A program made the translations under genes and the position numbers. 64,000 nucleotides of DNA from Prorocentrum cordatum (taxonomy: Eukaryota), in contig CAUYUJ010000325.1 in assembly GCA_963575745.1 (NCBI GenBank), positions 124,001 to 188,000 on the forward strand, in the 5' to 3' direction. Below are positions 33,093 to 45,757 of this stretch, in pieces; position 1 is the first letter of the stretch, and each line of letters opens with the position of its first letter. Below the pieces are notes generated by a model. It had not been told where the DNA came from. It searched no databases and saw only the letters and a program-made list of their open reading frames with translations.

Positions 33093-36000
33093 CTATCGCA
33101 AGAGGTGCTTGCCCACGGCGGCACCCCTGCTCTTGGCCTTAGCCTTGGGCTTCGGCGCGGGGGGCGCACCGCCAGCCTTCTGCGCTGCGATGGCGTCCAA
33201 ACGCTCCTGGATAGCTTTCGCAGAAGGCCCAGAGCACACTGCGGCAGCGCCACTGAGGTCTGCTGCTGCAGCAGACCGCTTGGCGCCAGTCTGGCGCCCC
33301 TTGGTCGCAGCAACGAACCGCTTCAAAACAAAAGGCGCTCCGGGCGTCGCTGTCGCCCCCACCCGCGCGGCCAATGGCGTGAGGTGGGGCACCGTCATGT
33401 CGATGCGGAGCGAGTCCGCAACGTCGTGGGCGCACGGGTACAGCGAGAGCGCGTCCAGGTACACGACCTTGTGGGTGTAGGTCAACTCCACGTTCGCCTC
33501 TGCCTCCTTGGGCGTGGTGCCGACCATCCAGGCTGGGACGGGGCATTCCGACGTGATCTTAGAGTGCGCATCCCCGTGCAACCGCATGTCAGAGCCGAGG
33601 ACGGTGGCAAGCTTGAAACTCTTCTTGGTCGGCGGCGACTGCCAGAGCTGCACGCTTCCAGCAAACGCAAGTTTCAACTTCGCCGTGATCTCGAGCGCAA
33701 CTGGCTCACCACCCTTCTTGGACAAGTCAATGGCGACGGCCTCGGCGAAACAGCTCGGGTCGACCATGTCCCAAACGATCTTCTCGAGGGCGCGCTGGAC
33801 GCGCCCCAGATAGCACGCGTCCACGCTAACCTGATCAATGAAAGACAACAGCGAAGGCGAAGGTATGAGCAGGACTCCTACTCATACCTTCGCCTTCGCC
33901 TCATACCCATCCTTGGCTTCCCCTTTTCTTCTCCCACCGCTCCTGCCGCTCCTACTCAGTAGGAGCGGTGGGAGAAGAAAAGGTGAAGATAAGGATGTAT
34001 AATGAAGGAGCCTCCATGCCGCCCTCCTTGAGGATGGGGGCGTCGGCGAGCTCGTAGATGTCTGCGAGCGTCATGATGGGAGTGGGCAGCGCCGCAACCT
34101 GGGACTCCTGCGCTGCGGCGGCCACTACAGCGCTGGCAGACTGAGGCTCCTGAGTCTGCGAAGAAGCCTGCGTGTCCGACGACGGCGTGGCGATCGGCGT
34201 CCTCGAGGGCTTGTGGCGGGTCCTCAGGTCCGCCATGACCGCGGCGTAGTTGTCGGTGGAGGCCTCTGCGAGCTTCCCGATGGCATCGACCCAGAATCTC
34301 ACCCATGCGTCCTCGGAGTCCTGGCAGGCATCGATATCACGAAGAGCGACAGCTACAGTCTGGATGTTCATGCTGGCGAGGGCGGTCTTCATGCAGACGT
34401 CGCACGGCTTTGCCATGAATGCTGGTGGCCCGCACGTCGATGCCGCCACTGCGAGCGCGTACTCGCCACGCATGTGGCTTGCATCGACGGCCTTCTTGAA
34501 GTTGGCGAAGACGCTGGTGATGACTGAAGGCACTTCGCCGCTGTGTTCTGCAGCCGCAACCGCTGTGTCCGCTGCGGCATTGATCCACTCGGGGTCGACG
34601 TGCTTCTTCACTGCCGCCCAGATATACGCCATGAGCTGAGGCAGCTGCAGTGGCAGCCCCGTTCCGTCCTCCCTCGGACGAGGCAGCTCGGAGCACAAGT
34701 CCTGGACGATCCTCATGTACGCAACGTGCATGGGGAGCGGGACGCCAGGGGGGTTATTGGCCAAGAACGCCTTCAGCCCGTCAACCATGGCGGGCTCATC
34801 CATGAAGATAGCAATCCTACTCGAAGACTCGTTCAATGACTCCTTCTCGTCATCATCCAAGGAGGTCCCGCTCATGATGCGCTCGATCACAGCCGCCGCT
34901 TGGTCACGGCCGCTGACGCCCGAGTTGCCAGCCGGCGGGGCGTTCAAGAACGCCTCGACAATCAGGCGCTGCAGCTGGGGTCGCACTCTGCTCCAGCTCG
35001 TGTAGGTCTTGTTGTTGAGCGTCAGCGCGGCTGCAAAACAGAATTCCAATGATAACGACACGACCTTGCGGATCAGAGCTGTCTGGCTGGTAGAGAGAAG
35101 CTTGTCGGTGACACCGAAGGCGTCGACGATGCGAATGCTGTGCTCGATCAGGCGCCACGCGTCGTCAGCGAAGCACGCGAGCTGCGGTTCCGAACCAGCT
35201 GTCAAGGTGGTCAAGGTGTCGAACTGTTCCTGTGGCACAGTCAGGTCTGGAAACGTCTTCAGGAGCTTCCCCTTCAGCTCGAACTGCGGCTTCTTCGTAT
35301 ACACCTTGCTCTCGGCCATCGGAGTGAGAATGTACCGCGCCGCCTCGACGTCGAACTTGTCGAAGATCCAAGGAGGAGTGCCGTCTCCAGTGTCGCCGAG
35401 AGGGACACAGAACTTCAAGGTCTCAAACACCGTCGTCTTGAGCTGTGTCGCTGTCAAGCCCCCCTCCAAGTTGCCGCCGGCCAACAGGGTCGAGATGCCG
35501 TGCAACACCTTGACGCAGACCTCCGTGCTGAAACGCTCACTGAGGAAGTTGCATTTCGCCTGGCAGAACTGGATGAACTCGTCCTTGAGCCCGAACTCGT
35601 TAAGATTGTGCTCGAAGATCTTGGCGGCGTCGAAGACCTGAAACGTGGTGAACTTCCCGCCGAAGTTCATGGATATCCAGCGCCAGTGCGACTGCTCGTA
35701 GGTCAGCTTCTTGGTCTCCATGAGGTTGGTATCTGTATTCTTGATCTGAACCGTCTCACCCATGCGGGAGGTCACGCCTCTCTGCTTCTTGTAGACGAGC
35801 CATTTCGCCTCGATATCAGGCGTCTCACTGATCATCTCACAGAAGGAATATCGAGCACCTTTGTGGAACTCGTTGTGGTACTGCATCAACCACAGCAAGA
35901 CGACAACGGGCGTGTTGTGAACGAAGATGGTGCAGTCCGTCAAGCCAGTGCGCAGCGCAAACTGAATGTACTCGTTCTTGTCGTGGATGGTCTCCTCCAC

Positions 36001-36841
36001 GGCCCTGTAGAAGGCGCGCGACCTGGGCTGATACGGTTGTGATAAGTTAAAACCACCTCACCTCAGCCTCACACCCGTGCTAAACAAAACTACCCCCTGG
36101 AGCCCCCTGGAGTCCTGGAGTCAACCCATCCTGGAGTCCTGGAGTCCTGGAGTCCACTTATCCTCCTCATCATCCCCTCCTTCCCTCCGCCTCCTCTCCT
36201 CGCCCTCCCCGTCTGGGAAGAGAAAGGCTTTTGATTAACGCCAGCCGTGGGGTCGGCCTGGCTCCTCATCGCCCTCATCCCTCTGGCGTCCTTCTTCCTC
36301 TCTCTATCTCCTGCTCATCCTCCTCCTACATACTACCTACCCCGCCTCATATCATCTTATCCTCGGCATTTGTTCCATCCAACCTGGTGCCCCACGTGAT
36401 GGCCCTGAGCGGGTAGCCGGTGGGCGTGTTCGACTTCACCAGCCACGCGGAGCCCGAGACTCCGCGCACGACGCCCTTGGTCTTGAACCCAGTGCAGTAC
36501 TCTAGCTCAACCTGCATGTGGCGCCGCGTGTTCAGCTCGTGCGTGACAATGGAGCGGTCCTCGCCTGTGAACCATGGAACAGTCGTCTGCGTCGCACAAC
36601 TGTAGAGGCTCAGGCAACGTTCGAGCCGCACCGCCCCATCGTTCTCACCGACGAGGTCAACGATGCTGATCGTCGGGTCGTTGCCGTACAGGATTGCCGC
36701 CGCCGTCGTTGCATCTGCTGGGCGCGCCGCCGCGCCGCTGCCAGCTGACCCGTCGCTGATGCCGCCGACGCTGCCAAGGCTGGGCGCGCGGGATGGCGAC
36801 GCCACCGGCCTGGCGGCAGCAGCGGCGGCCTCGGAGGCCAT
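33093..36841 (-). CDS. Spliced ~1068-aa hypothetical protein with a ParB/Srx-like N-terminal region (exons 36841-36384, 36022-34012, 33830-33093)
   Basis: Three ORFs join via GT-AG and GC-AG junctions into 3207 nt (1069 codons). The first junction gives FKTKGVVRGVSGSAWLV...LRAITWGTRSRAFYRA, resembling the ParB GxxR motif. The domain call is by eye. Confidence 0.7.
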
Positions 36842-36925
36842 AGCAGCGCACCGGCTCTCTCGAAAGGGCGAGGCCACACGGGGCGAGGAGGGCGCCCGGG
36901 CACGAGCCAGCAATCGAATGGGAAA

Positions 36926-36936
36926 CCAAAATGGCT
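36926..36936 (-). other. Partial spliced-leader relic upstream of the ParB-like gene
   Basis: AGCCATTTTGG, an 11-nt exact match to the SL core, ~90 nt upstream of the ATG. Confidence 0.55.
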
Positions 36937-38829
36937 GCATGACCGCCGCAGTCGGTCAGTCGCAGCAGGCAGGGAGCGACGCGAAGGGATATGCAGTTAT
37001 GCAGGGGAGCCAGGGAGCGGGGAGATAGGAGAGGCATCGTAGGAATGAATGGAATAGTACAGGAAGGAAGGAGGAAATCAAGAAGGAGGGAAAGAAGGAT
37101 GGAGAATGATGGACAGGAATTAAGAAAGGTGGAGGCACGAGCATAGCACTGTTAAGTTAAGTAGGAATACGGGGCCAGAGAGTTCTAGAGGTCAGAATGC
37201 ATTTAGGGAGCCGCGCATGGGGGAATGAGATTTGTCCTGGACGAGGTCATGTGCACGTTGTTGGGGGGTCGCCACACGTTCTTGGATCCGAACAGCTGGG
37301 CACGAATAGGAAGGGCGGCTTCTACTACTTTGGCAGCATCTGTTACTTCTACTGCTAAGTACGTATCATATTCCTGCTACTGCTACTACTACTACTTCTA
37401 CTTCTACTTCTACTTCTACTACTAGTACAGCTACAACTAATACAACTGAAACTGCAACATCACCAATTCCTCCTCATCCTCCTCCCCCTCCTCCTACTAC
37501 CTTACTACTACCACTGCTCCGACAAGGAGGAGGAGGGGGGGGACACGCATCCCTCCCCTCCTCCTTCTAGGTCACTCTCCTCATTATCCTCATGGTTGTC
37601 CCTCCTCATCTCCTTCATCCTTCTTCTCCTCCTCCTCCTCCTCCTCCTCCTCCCCCTCCTCCTCATCATCCTCCTCCTCTCCTCCTCCTCCTCCTCCTCC
37701 TTCTCCTCCTCCCCCCCCCTCCTCCTCCTCTTGGCACTGGCACCTCTTTAACCAAGGCCGCCTTCCGCATCGCCACGTCCGCGCCCCCTCCTCTGCCCCC
37801 CTCCCTCCCCCCTCATCCCTCCGGACTCGTCCACCTAGGCCCCTCGTGCCTCCTCTGGCAAGGCACGGCGCGCGGGCGCCGCGAGCCTTCGCGGCCGCCG
37901 GCCCGCCGGCCGGCGCCGGCGCCGCCGCCAGCAGCAGCTGCGCTGCAGCAGCAGCCCGCCCGCGGGCGCCAGCGGCGCCAGGGGCGTCCTGGCGGCGCCG
38001 CGCAGGGGGAGGGGGAGGTCAGGGCAAGGACGAGGAGGAGGAGGAGGAGGAGGAGGAGGAGGAGGAAGAGGAGGAGGAGAGGGGGAGGAGGAGGAGGAGG
38101 AGGAGGAGGAGGAGGAGGAGGTAGGTAGGTAAGACGCAGGCTGGGACGCTGGGTCGTGCTCTGTGTGTCTCAACGCGTGTGGCGTGCTATGACTTTGCAT
38201 AGGCTCTGGGGCCGCAGATGGGCACCCAGAGTGGGAATGAAGAGGGAAACTGAAAGCGCAGACTCCGTGACAGCCAGAAGGCTACTCGAAGGAGGGGGAG
38301 GAGGAGGAGGAGGAGGAGGAATTCGTGGAGCAAACAGGTTTGCCCCATGGACCCCAGGAGTGAGGAGGAGGCGGGGGTGAGGAGGAGGAGGCGGGGGGAA
38401 GGGTTGCGGGATTCCACTGGCCTCATCAAGTCGGAATTCCAAGGATGTCTGCGCTGTTTGGGTACTTATGTGTGTTGCCAGGGCCCCACAATACACGTAG
38501 AAGGAGAGAGTTAGTAGAGAGCTGATAGGTCGAAGGTCGATTCAGTTCGATTGGCCATGGGGCAGAGGAGGAGAAGAGGTGGAGGAGGAGGGGGAGTCGT
38601 GGGGATGGATGCTCTCTCCTCACTGGTGTTCTTCTCTCCCCTCGTTGCAGCATGATGGTGGATGTTTTTGTTACCCTGCGGCTGTAGCAGCTCACCCATG
38701 CGCCTGCGGCGTGTTTTCACACGCAAGGGCCGTGAGCCAAACTGGACAAATTGCCCAACGCACATCATCCCGCCTGCCTGCCCATCCCGCATCCACTCAT
38801 CCACTACTACCCAACTACTAACTACCTAA

Positions 38830-41806
38830 CTACCTACCCACCCGCCGCCCCATAGCGGCCACGCTTCCCCGGACGAGCCGTTCAGAGCAGAGCCAGCAGA
38901 CTGCTGAGCGACAAATCATCCTCATGCGGCACATCGTCTCAAACTCGGGCGTGACAGGCATTAGCAGCGCATGCATGAGAACCCCTCCTACAACTGCAGC
39001 GTTCATCGCGTTCCCACTTTGCGCTTTCATTGTGTCGCGCATCCGGCCGTGGCGAACGAAGTTAAAGGAGCAACAGGTGCGCGGCACGCACTCGCAAGGG
39101 AAAACTGGAAAGCCTTGGCTCGCAAGCACCTCTGTGGGAGTCAGCCAACGAAAATGGCACCACGTTATCCCAGCTCGTTTCAGGATCGTGTGCAAACCGC
39201 CGTCGTCTCTGTTATGCGAGCCAAACCCGCTCAAGGGGTTCTGATTCAACTGGTATGACCCACCAGCGCCGTACTCAGCCTCGTAGCCCTCGAGCCACCT
39301 CTTCTCGGTTGCGCTGAGGGCGCGCCTGAAAGCGCCAGCCATTCCTGGCGTGAGGCGATCTGTATCTCCAGCGGCTGCACGTTCCGCCTGCACAGATGGC
39401 CGCGAAGTCGCCCAGTCCAGCTCGCCCTGGAGCTCGGCGTCGTCGGCGAACAAGAACGCGTGGAAGTCGACGCGGCACGGGCGGTGCAATCGCAGCATAA
39501 ACGCGGGCAGTGGCACGACGGGCGGCATCGTGAAACTCTTGTGCCGCATCACTGTGTATCTACGAACCCTGTGCGCCGGCCACCCGAAGTCGAAGGCATC
39601 GCCCACGAAGTCCGAATCGATCTCATAGAGGTCGCCTAGAAGAACACGGAAGAGCGTCACATCGAATCCCCTAACATTTTCTTGAACAACAACTGCCTCC
39701 TGGAGCTTGCGCCTAAGCGCGCACCAACACAATGTGTCCACGATCGTCTTACCACGCGCTCCATCGCCGTCGCCATACTGACTCCAGTCAGGACAAGGTG
39801 TCCCAGCCACGTGCACAAACGCTGTCTTGAGGAAGCACATGCGTGTGTGCGTCAAGCACCTACCCTTGATGCGCACCGATCGCCCCGATAGTATTGCGTC
39901 CTGGAGCTGCTCGACTGCATCACCCGACCGGTCGCGAAGGGCCTTGATTGTGGGCTGAAGCTCTGGGACCCAAAAGTTGGATATGTCGCCGAAGTGGCAC
40001 GAATCACTCAGCGTCGACATGGGGTGATGCCGAAGTTCGGCGAGAGCGTGTGTATCCCACTCGATGCAATGCAATAGGCGGGGCAGTGATACGTCGGCTC
40101 CGTGTTGAGCGCGCAACTCAGCCACTAGCATCATGATTGAGGTTTCTGGCGTGCCAACGCCACTGAAGGAAGTAGAAATCGTCGCGTATGATAAGCGGTC
40201 GATGAAGGTAGCAGCGTTGGGCAACGTGCCCAGCCAGTCGGCCGGCCACCCATACGCCTCACAGAGGTTCTTCACCGAACGGTTGCGGCACCTGACGCCA
40301 GATCGCCCGCACGGGCGCGGCAGAGGCGGCGGAGGAGGTTCTGCCGCGGCGGGCGTCCTTGACGCACTCGCCGAAGTCGACGTTGCAGAAGCACCGTCCA
40401 CCACCACCTGCGATCGCGGCCCCTGCGAGCCATCGCCAGCGGGCAGAGGGGCGCTGGCGGCGCTGCACGCCGGCGCCGCAGCCGCGGCCGCGGCCAAAGT
40501 TGGCGCCACAGGCTGCGGCGGCAGCGATGGCGGCGGCGGTGGCCCCAGCTCTGCCACGGCACCTGGCGGCGGCGCGGCGGCATCCGTCTCGCCCGCGAGC
40601 TCCAGCGGCAACGCGTGCTCTGCGACCACCTCGCTCGCGACCAGTGGCGCCGGGCTGCGGCAGCATCTCCGGCGATGGGCGCAGCTCCTCCACCGCAGCA
40701 CCTGGCGGCAGCGCGGCCGCGTCCGTCTCGCCCGTGAGCTCCAGCTGCTCCGCGACCATCTCGCTGGCGGCCAAGGCCGTCGGCGTCGCAGGCTGCGGCG
40801 GCGGCGCCGGCGATGCGCCCAGCTCATCCTCCACCACAGCATCTGGCGGCGGCGCGGCGACATCCATATCGCCCTCGAGCTCCAGCTGCTCCGCAACAAT
40901 CCCGCTCGCGGCCAGTGGTGCAGGCGGCGCGGGCTGCGGCGATGGCGGTGGCAGCGAGCCCCGCTCTGCCGCGGCGCATGGCACAGCTGCAGGTGCAACG
41001 CCCTCGTCGCGTGCGGTGGCGGCGGCTGACGCAGCTGCAGCGGGCGCGGCAGTTGCCGGCTCGGCGCAGCCGTCCGTCGGCATGGCTGCGTCGCATCCAG
41101 CCGAAGCGCCATTGTCAGCAACAGGGGCGCGAGCAGCACCGAGCACGTCTGTCAAAGTGCGCTGGTTGTTAAGCAACCGTGCTTGGCCAATCAGCGTGAC
41201 AACGCCAAGCTGCTGTGATACATCTGATGGCAACGGTACTAGTTGAGATATTTTCATGCCGTCGATGCGCACGATGTCTTCTAAGTGCCAATACCACCAC
41301 GTGGCACCAGGGTAATCTGACATCACGGCGGTCAATTCTCGCACATTGGACAAGTGGTGCGAGCTGAAGCAGTCCAACGTGGCAGGGTCGAATGGCGAAG
41401 AGCCTGTCACTGAGCAGCGGAGGACGACGGATACTGACATACCAGTGCCAGTGGCGCGTGGCGTTGCCAGGAACACTTCGTTCTCATGATAATCGCCGAG
41501 CGTGTTGATGTCATCTGGGACGTCGCACGGGAAGGGCAGCCACAGGTCGTCAAGTTTGTTGACCTTAGCCCGCAATAACAAAGCGTCGATGTGTGACAGC
41601 GACCCTGCACACACTACCAAGCGAACGGTACGCCCTGTGTCGGACCTAAGAGCACATGAGAGCGGTGTCAAGGGCAGCCACTCTGGCGGCTTAACAGCGG
41701 CAGTGGAAGGCGCGGGGGTCGATCTGGCCTTGGCCTTGGCTCTGCCTTTGGCAGTGCCCTTGGTGCATTTGGCCTTGCATGGGCTGCTGGTGCGCTTCTT
41801 ACCCAT
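38830..41806 (-). CDS. C5 cytosine DNA methyltransferase with an N-terminal extension; one frameshift near 40650 in an Ala/Pro/Glu repeat linker
   Basis: C5-MTase motifs appear in canonical order: FSGVG (I), IEWD (II), GDI (III), GTPCPDWS (IV, catalytic PC), QENV (VI), PAHRVRRY (VIII), RWLTPTE..QGFP (IX) and GNAM (X). The N-terminal part is in ORF 40259..41815 (ATG 41806). Confidence 0.9.
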
Positions 41807-41832
41807 GCGATGCAAACGTGGGTGCCACGAAA

Positions 41833-41857
41833 CTGAGCCACAAGAAACGGCTACGGA
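41833..41857 (-). other. Spliced-leader relic just upstream of the methyltransferase ATG
   Basis: TCCGTAGCCGTTTCTTGTGGCTCAG. Confidence 0.7.
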
Positions 41858-42305
41858 TCATGCGATATAGTGTGATGGCTGTTGTTGTTGTTGTTGCTGT
41901 TGTTAGGGTGTGATGCGGGACCCAGGGAACATTATCCAGGGATGCCGATCTCTACTCTGCCTATTGAAAGTGGGTCTTCGAATTTCCTTCCGGCGCCAAG
42001 TTCCCCGAACCCAGGATCATCCGAATGCAACGGACGCTAAGGGTAGTATGTATGACGATACGTATCCTAGAGCGTCCGTCGTGTCAGACAGGCTTCCAGC
42101 ACGTGGAACCAAGCACGTCGACATGATATTGTGATGTTGAGACCGTGGTGTTATAGCATTTGTTTTGAACATACCATCACTCCTGTATCATACCATTGGT
42201 TTACAATACCATAACATTGCATGTGCGCTTACATTACATGCGTAGCAGGTATCGCGCGTGGAGGCGACGTCTCCACACGCACTGGTGCATGGAGTTAAAT
42301 CGACT

Positions 42306-44102
42306 ATGTGGATACGCGAGTCTCCGCATCGCATGCGGAGACACCTGTCTCCACGCCACAGTGTGGAGACACATGTCTCCACGCTGCATGTGGAGACACC
42401 CATCTCCACACCACCATGTGGAGACAAGAATCTCCACGCCAGCTGCGGAGACACCTGTCTCTGCACCGACGTGTGGAGACACGAGTCTCCACGCCGGTGT
42501 GGAGACACGCGTCTCCACGCCACACGTGGAGACGGGTGTCTCCACGTCATGCGTGGAGACGACTGTCTCCGCACCACACGTGGAGCCGCGTGTCTGGCGT
42601 GGAGACACGAGTCTCCACATCACCTGTGGGGACACGAGTCTCCGCACCACCTGTCTCCGCACCACCTGTCGGGTGCGGGGACAGGAGTCTCCACACCACA
42701 TGTGGAGACACATGTCTCCACACCATCTGCGGAGACGGGCGTCTCCACGCCATGCGTGGAGACGCCTGTCTCCGCGCCACATGTGGGGACACGAGTCTCC
42801 ACACCACATGTCGCCGCACCACATGTCGGGTGCGGGGACAGGGGTCTCCACACCACATGTGGAGACACATGTCTCCACGTCACATGCGGAGACGGGCGTC
42901 TCCACGCCATGCGTGGAGATGCATGTCTCCGCGCCCCACGCGGGGACACGCGTTTGGTGTGGAGACGCGAGTCCCCACACCACATGCGGAGACACGTGTC
43001 TCCACACCACATGTCGCCGTGCCACCTGTATGGCGTGGAGACACGAGTATCCACGCCACCTGTGGGGACACATGCCTCCGCACCGTCACGTGGAGACTCG
43101 AGTCTCCACATCACACGTGGAGACACGTGTCTCCACACGCTGCGCGGAGATGCTGACCTACACATCGCACGTGGGTATGCCTGTCTCCGCGCCAACATGT
43201 GAAGACACGAGCCTCCACACCAGCTGCGGAGACACATGTCTCTGCACCGACGTGTGGAGACACGAGTCTCCACGCCGGTGCGGAGACACACGTCTCCACG
43301 CCACACGTGGAGACGGGTGTCTCCACGCCATGCGTGGAGACGCCTGTCTCCGCACCACACGTGGAGCCGCGTGTCTGGCGTGGAGACACGAGTCTCCACA
43401 TCACCTGTGGGGGCACGAGTCTCCACACCACCTGTCTCCGCACCACCCGTCGGGTGCGGGGACAGGAGTCTCCACACCACATGTGGAGACACATGTCTCC
43501 ACACCATCTGCGGAGACGGGTGTCTCCACGCCATGCGTGGAGACGCCTGTCTCCGCACCACATGTGGGGACACGAGTCTCCACGCCACATGTCGCCGCAC
43601 CACCTGTCGGGTGCGGGGGCAGGAGTCTCCACACCACATGTGGAGACACATGTCTCCACGTCACATGCGGAGACGGGCGTCTCCACGCCATGCGTGGAGA
43701 CGCATGTCTCCGCACCCCATGCGGGGACACGCGTATGGTGTGGAGACGCGAGTCTCCACACCACATGTGGAGACGCGTGTCTCCACACCACATGTCGCCG
43801 TGCCTCTTGCACGGCGTGGAGACACGAGTATCCACGCCTCCTGTGGGGACACATGCCTCCGCACCGTCTCGTGGAGACTCGAGTCTCCACATCACACGTG
43901 GAGACACGTGTCTCCACACTCTGCGCGGAGATACTGACCTACACATCGCACGTGGGGATGCATGTCTCCGCGTCAACACGAGGATACACGGTGAGCCTCC
44001 ACACCGAGTGTTTCCGCATGAAGGCGTGGCGTTACGTGTCTCAGCGTATGATGTGAAGACGCGTGTATATGCGTGGTGACGCGGAGCCTCGCGTATCCAC
44101 AT
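42306..44102. repeat. Array of short palindromes (GTGGAGAC-N-GTCTCCAC) with a 781-bp higher-order duplication and terminal inverted repeats
   Basis: Dozens of GGAGAC/GTCTCC pairs. 42441 matches 43222, and 43141 matches 43922. The ends 42306-42327 and 44081-44102 are inverted repeats (21/22). Confidence 0.9.
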
Positions 44103-44179
44103 GATGGATGACGACTTGTATTGGGGTTCGTCTGTTTTTTTTTGTACCGGCCCATGAATATATTTTGTCGTGTTGAGCT

Positions 44180-45205
44180 GGCGCCCTCTTAGAGCTCTCT
44201 TGGGGCTGCAAGATGCCTCCAGGAGGGTTCCAAGAGGCCCCCAAGAGGGCCCCACACCTTGTCACGAACAAGGGCATTGTTCGTGACAAGGTGTTGGGCC
44301 CTCTTGGGGCCCAAGACTCTTGGGGGGCTCTTGGAGCCCTTTGGGTGCCCTCTTAGAGCTCTCTTGGGGCTGCAAGAGGCCTCCAGGCGGGTTCCAAGAG
44401 GCCCCCAAGAGGGCCCGACACCTTGTCACGAACAAGGGCCTTGGTCGTGACAAGGTGTTGGGCCCTCGTGGGGCCCTCGGGGGGGCTCGTGGAGCCCTTT
44501 GGGTGCCCTCTTAGAGCTCCCTTGGGGCTGCAAGAGGCCTCCAGGAGGGTTCCAAGAGGCCCCCAAGAGGGCCCGACACCTTGTCACGAACAAGGGCCTT
44601 GTTCGTGACAAGGTGTTGGGCCCTCGTGGGGCCCTTGGGGGGGCTCTTGGAGCCCTTTGGGGGCCCTCTTAGAGCTCCCTTGGGGCTGCAAGAGGCCTCC
44701 AGGAGGGTTCCAAGAGGCCCGCAAGAGGGCCCGACACCTTGTCACGAACAAGGGCCTTGTTCGTGACAAGGTGGTGGGCCCTCTTGGGGGGGCTCTTGGA
44801 GCCCTTTGGGGGGCCTCTTAGAGCTCCCTTGGGGCTGCAATTGGGGGGCTCTTGGAGCCCTTTGGGTGCCCTCTTAGAGCTCTCTTGGGGCTGCAAGAGG
44901 CCTCCAGGAGGGTTCCAAGAGGCCCCCAAGAGGGCCCGACACCTTGTCACGAACAAGGGCCTTGGTCGTGACAAGGTGTTGGGCCCTCTTGGGGTGCTCT
45001 TGGAGCACATTGGGGGCCCTCTTAGAGCTCTCTTGGGGCTGCAAGAGGCCTCCAGGAGGGTTTCAAGAGGTCCCTAAGAGGGCCTGACACCTTGCCACGA
45101 ACAAGGGTCTCGTTCGTGACAAGGTGTTGGGCCCTCTCGAGCCTCTTGGGGGGCTCTTGGAGCCCTTTTGGGGGCCCCCTTAGAGCTCTCTTGGGGCTGC
45201 AAGAG
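44180..45205. repeat. Tandem repeat of ~150-205 bp units, each with a long hairpin (6 copies)
   Basis: GGGCCCGACACCTTGTCACGAACAAGG-G-CCTTGTTCGTGACAAGGTGTTGGGCCC cores occur at about 44257, 44421, 44579, 44737, 44942 and 45090. Confidence 0.95.
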
Positions 45206-45259
45206 GGCTATAGGCCCTGGGACGCCGTGCGACCTAGCCGCCGCTGTGGCGAGTTCGGC

Positions 45260-45610
<351 letters not shown>

Positions 45611-45720
45611 GAGAGGGAGGGGGGCAATAACCTCGATCTCGTGCCACAACTGTGCAGGGAGTAGCGGATTGAGTAAGCGTTGCTTGCTCGGGGCACCATC
45701 ACCATCCCGATCGGTTAGCG

Positions 45721-45757
<37 letters not shown>

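Noticed and set aside
37860..37990. Possible atpH targeting-peptide exon (AAAAAQLLLAAAPAPA)
   Set aside because: Only compositional resemblance, with no convincing in-phase donor.
41937..41950. CAGGGATGCCGATC as the left TIR partner of 54547
   Set aside because: The match is imperfect and the flanking 8-mers differ (no TSD).
42196..44255. Long ORFs (up to 627 aa) on both strands
   Set aside because: They are translations of a stop-poor palindromic repeat.
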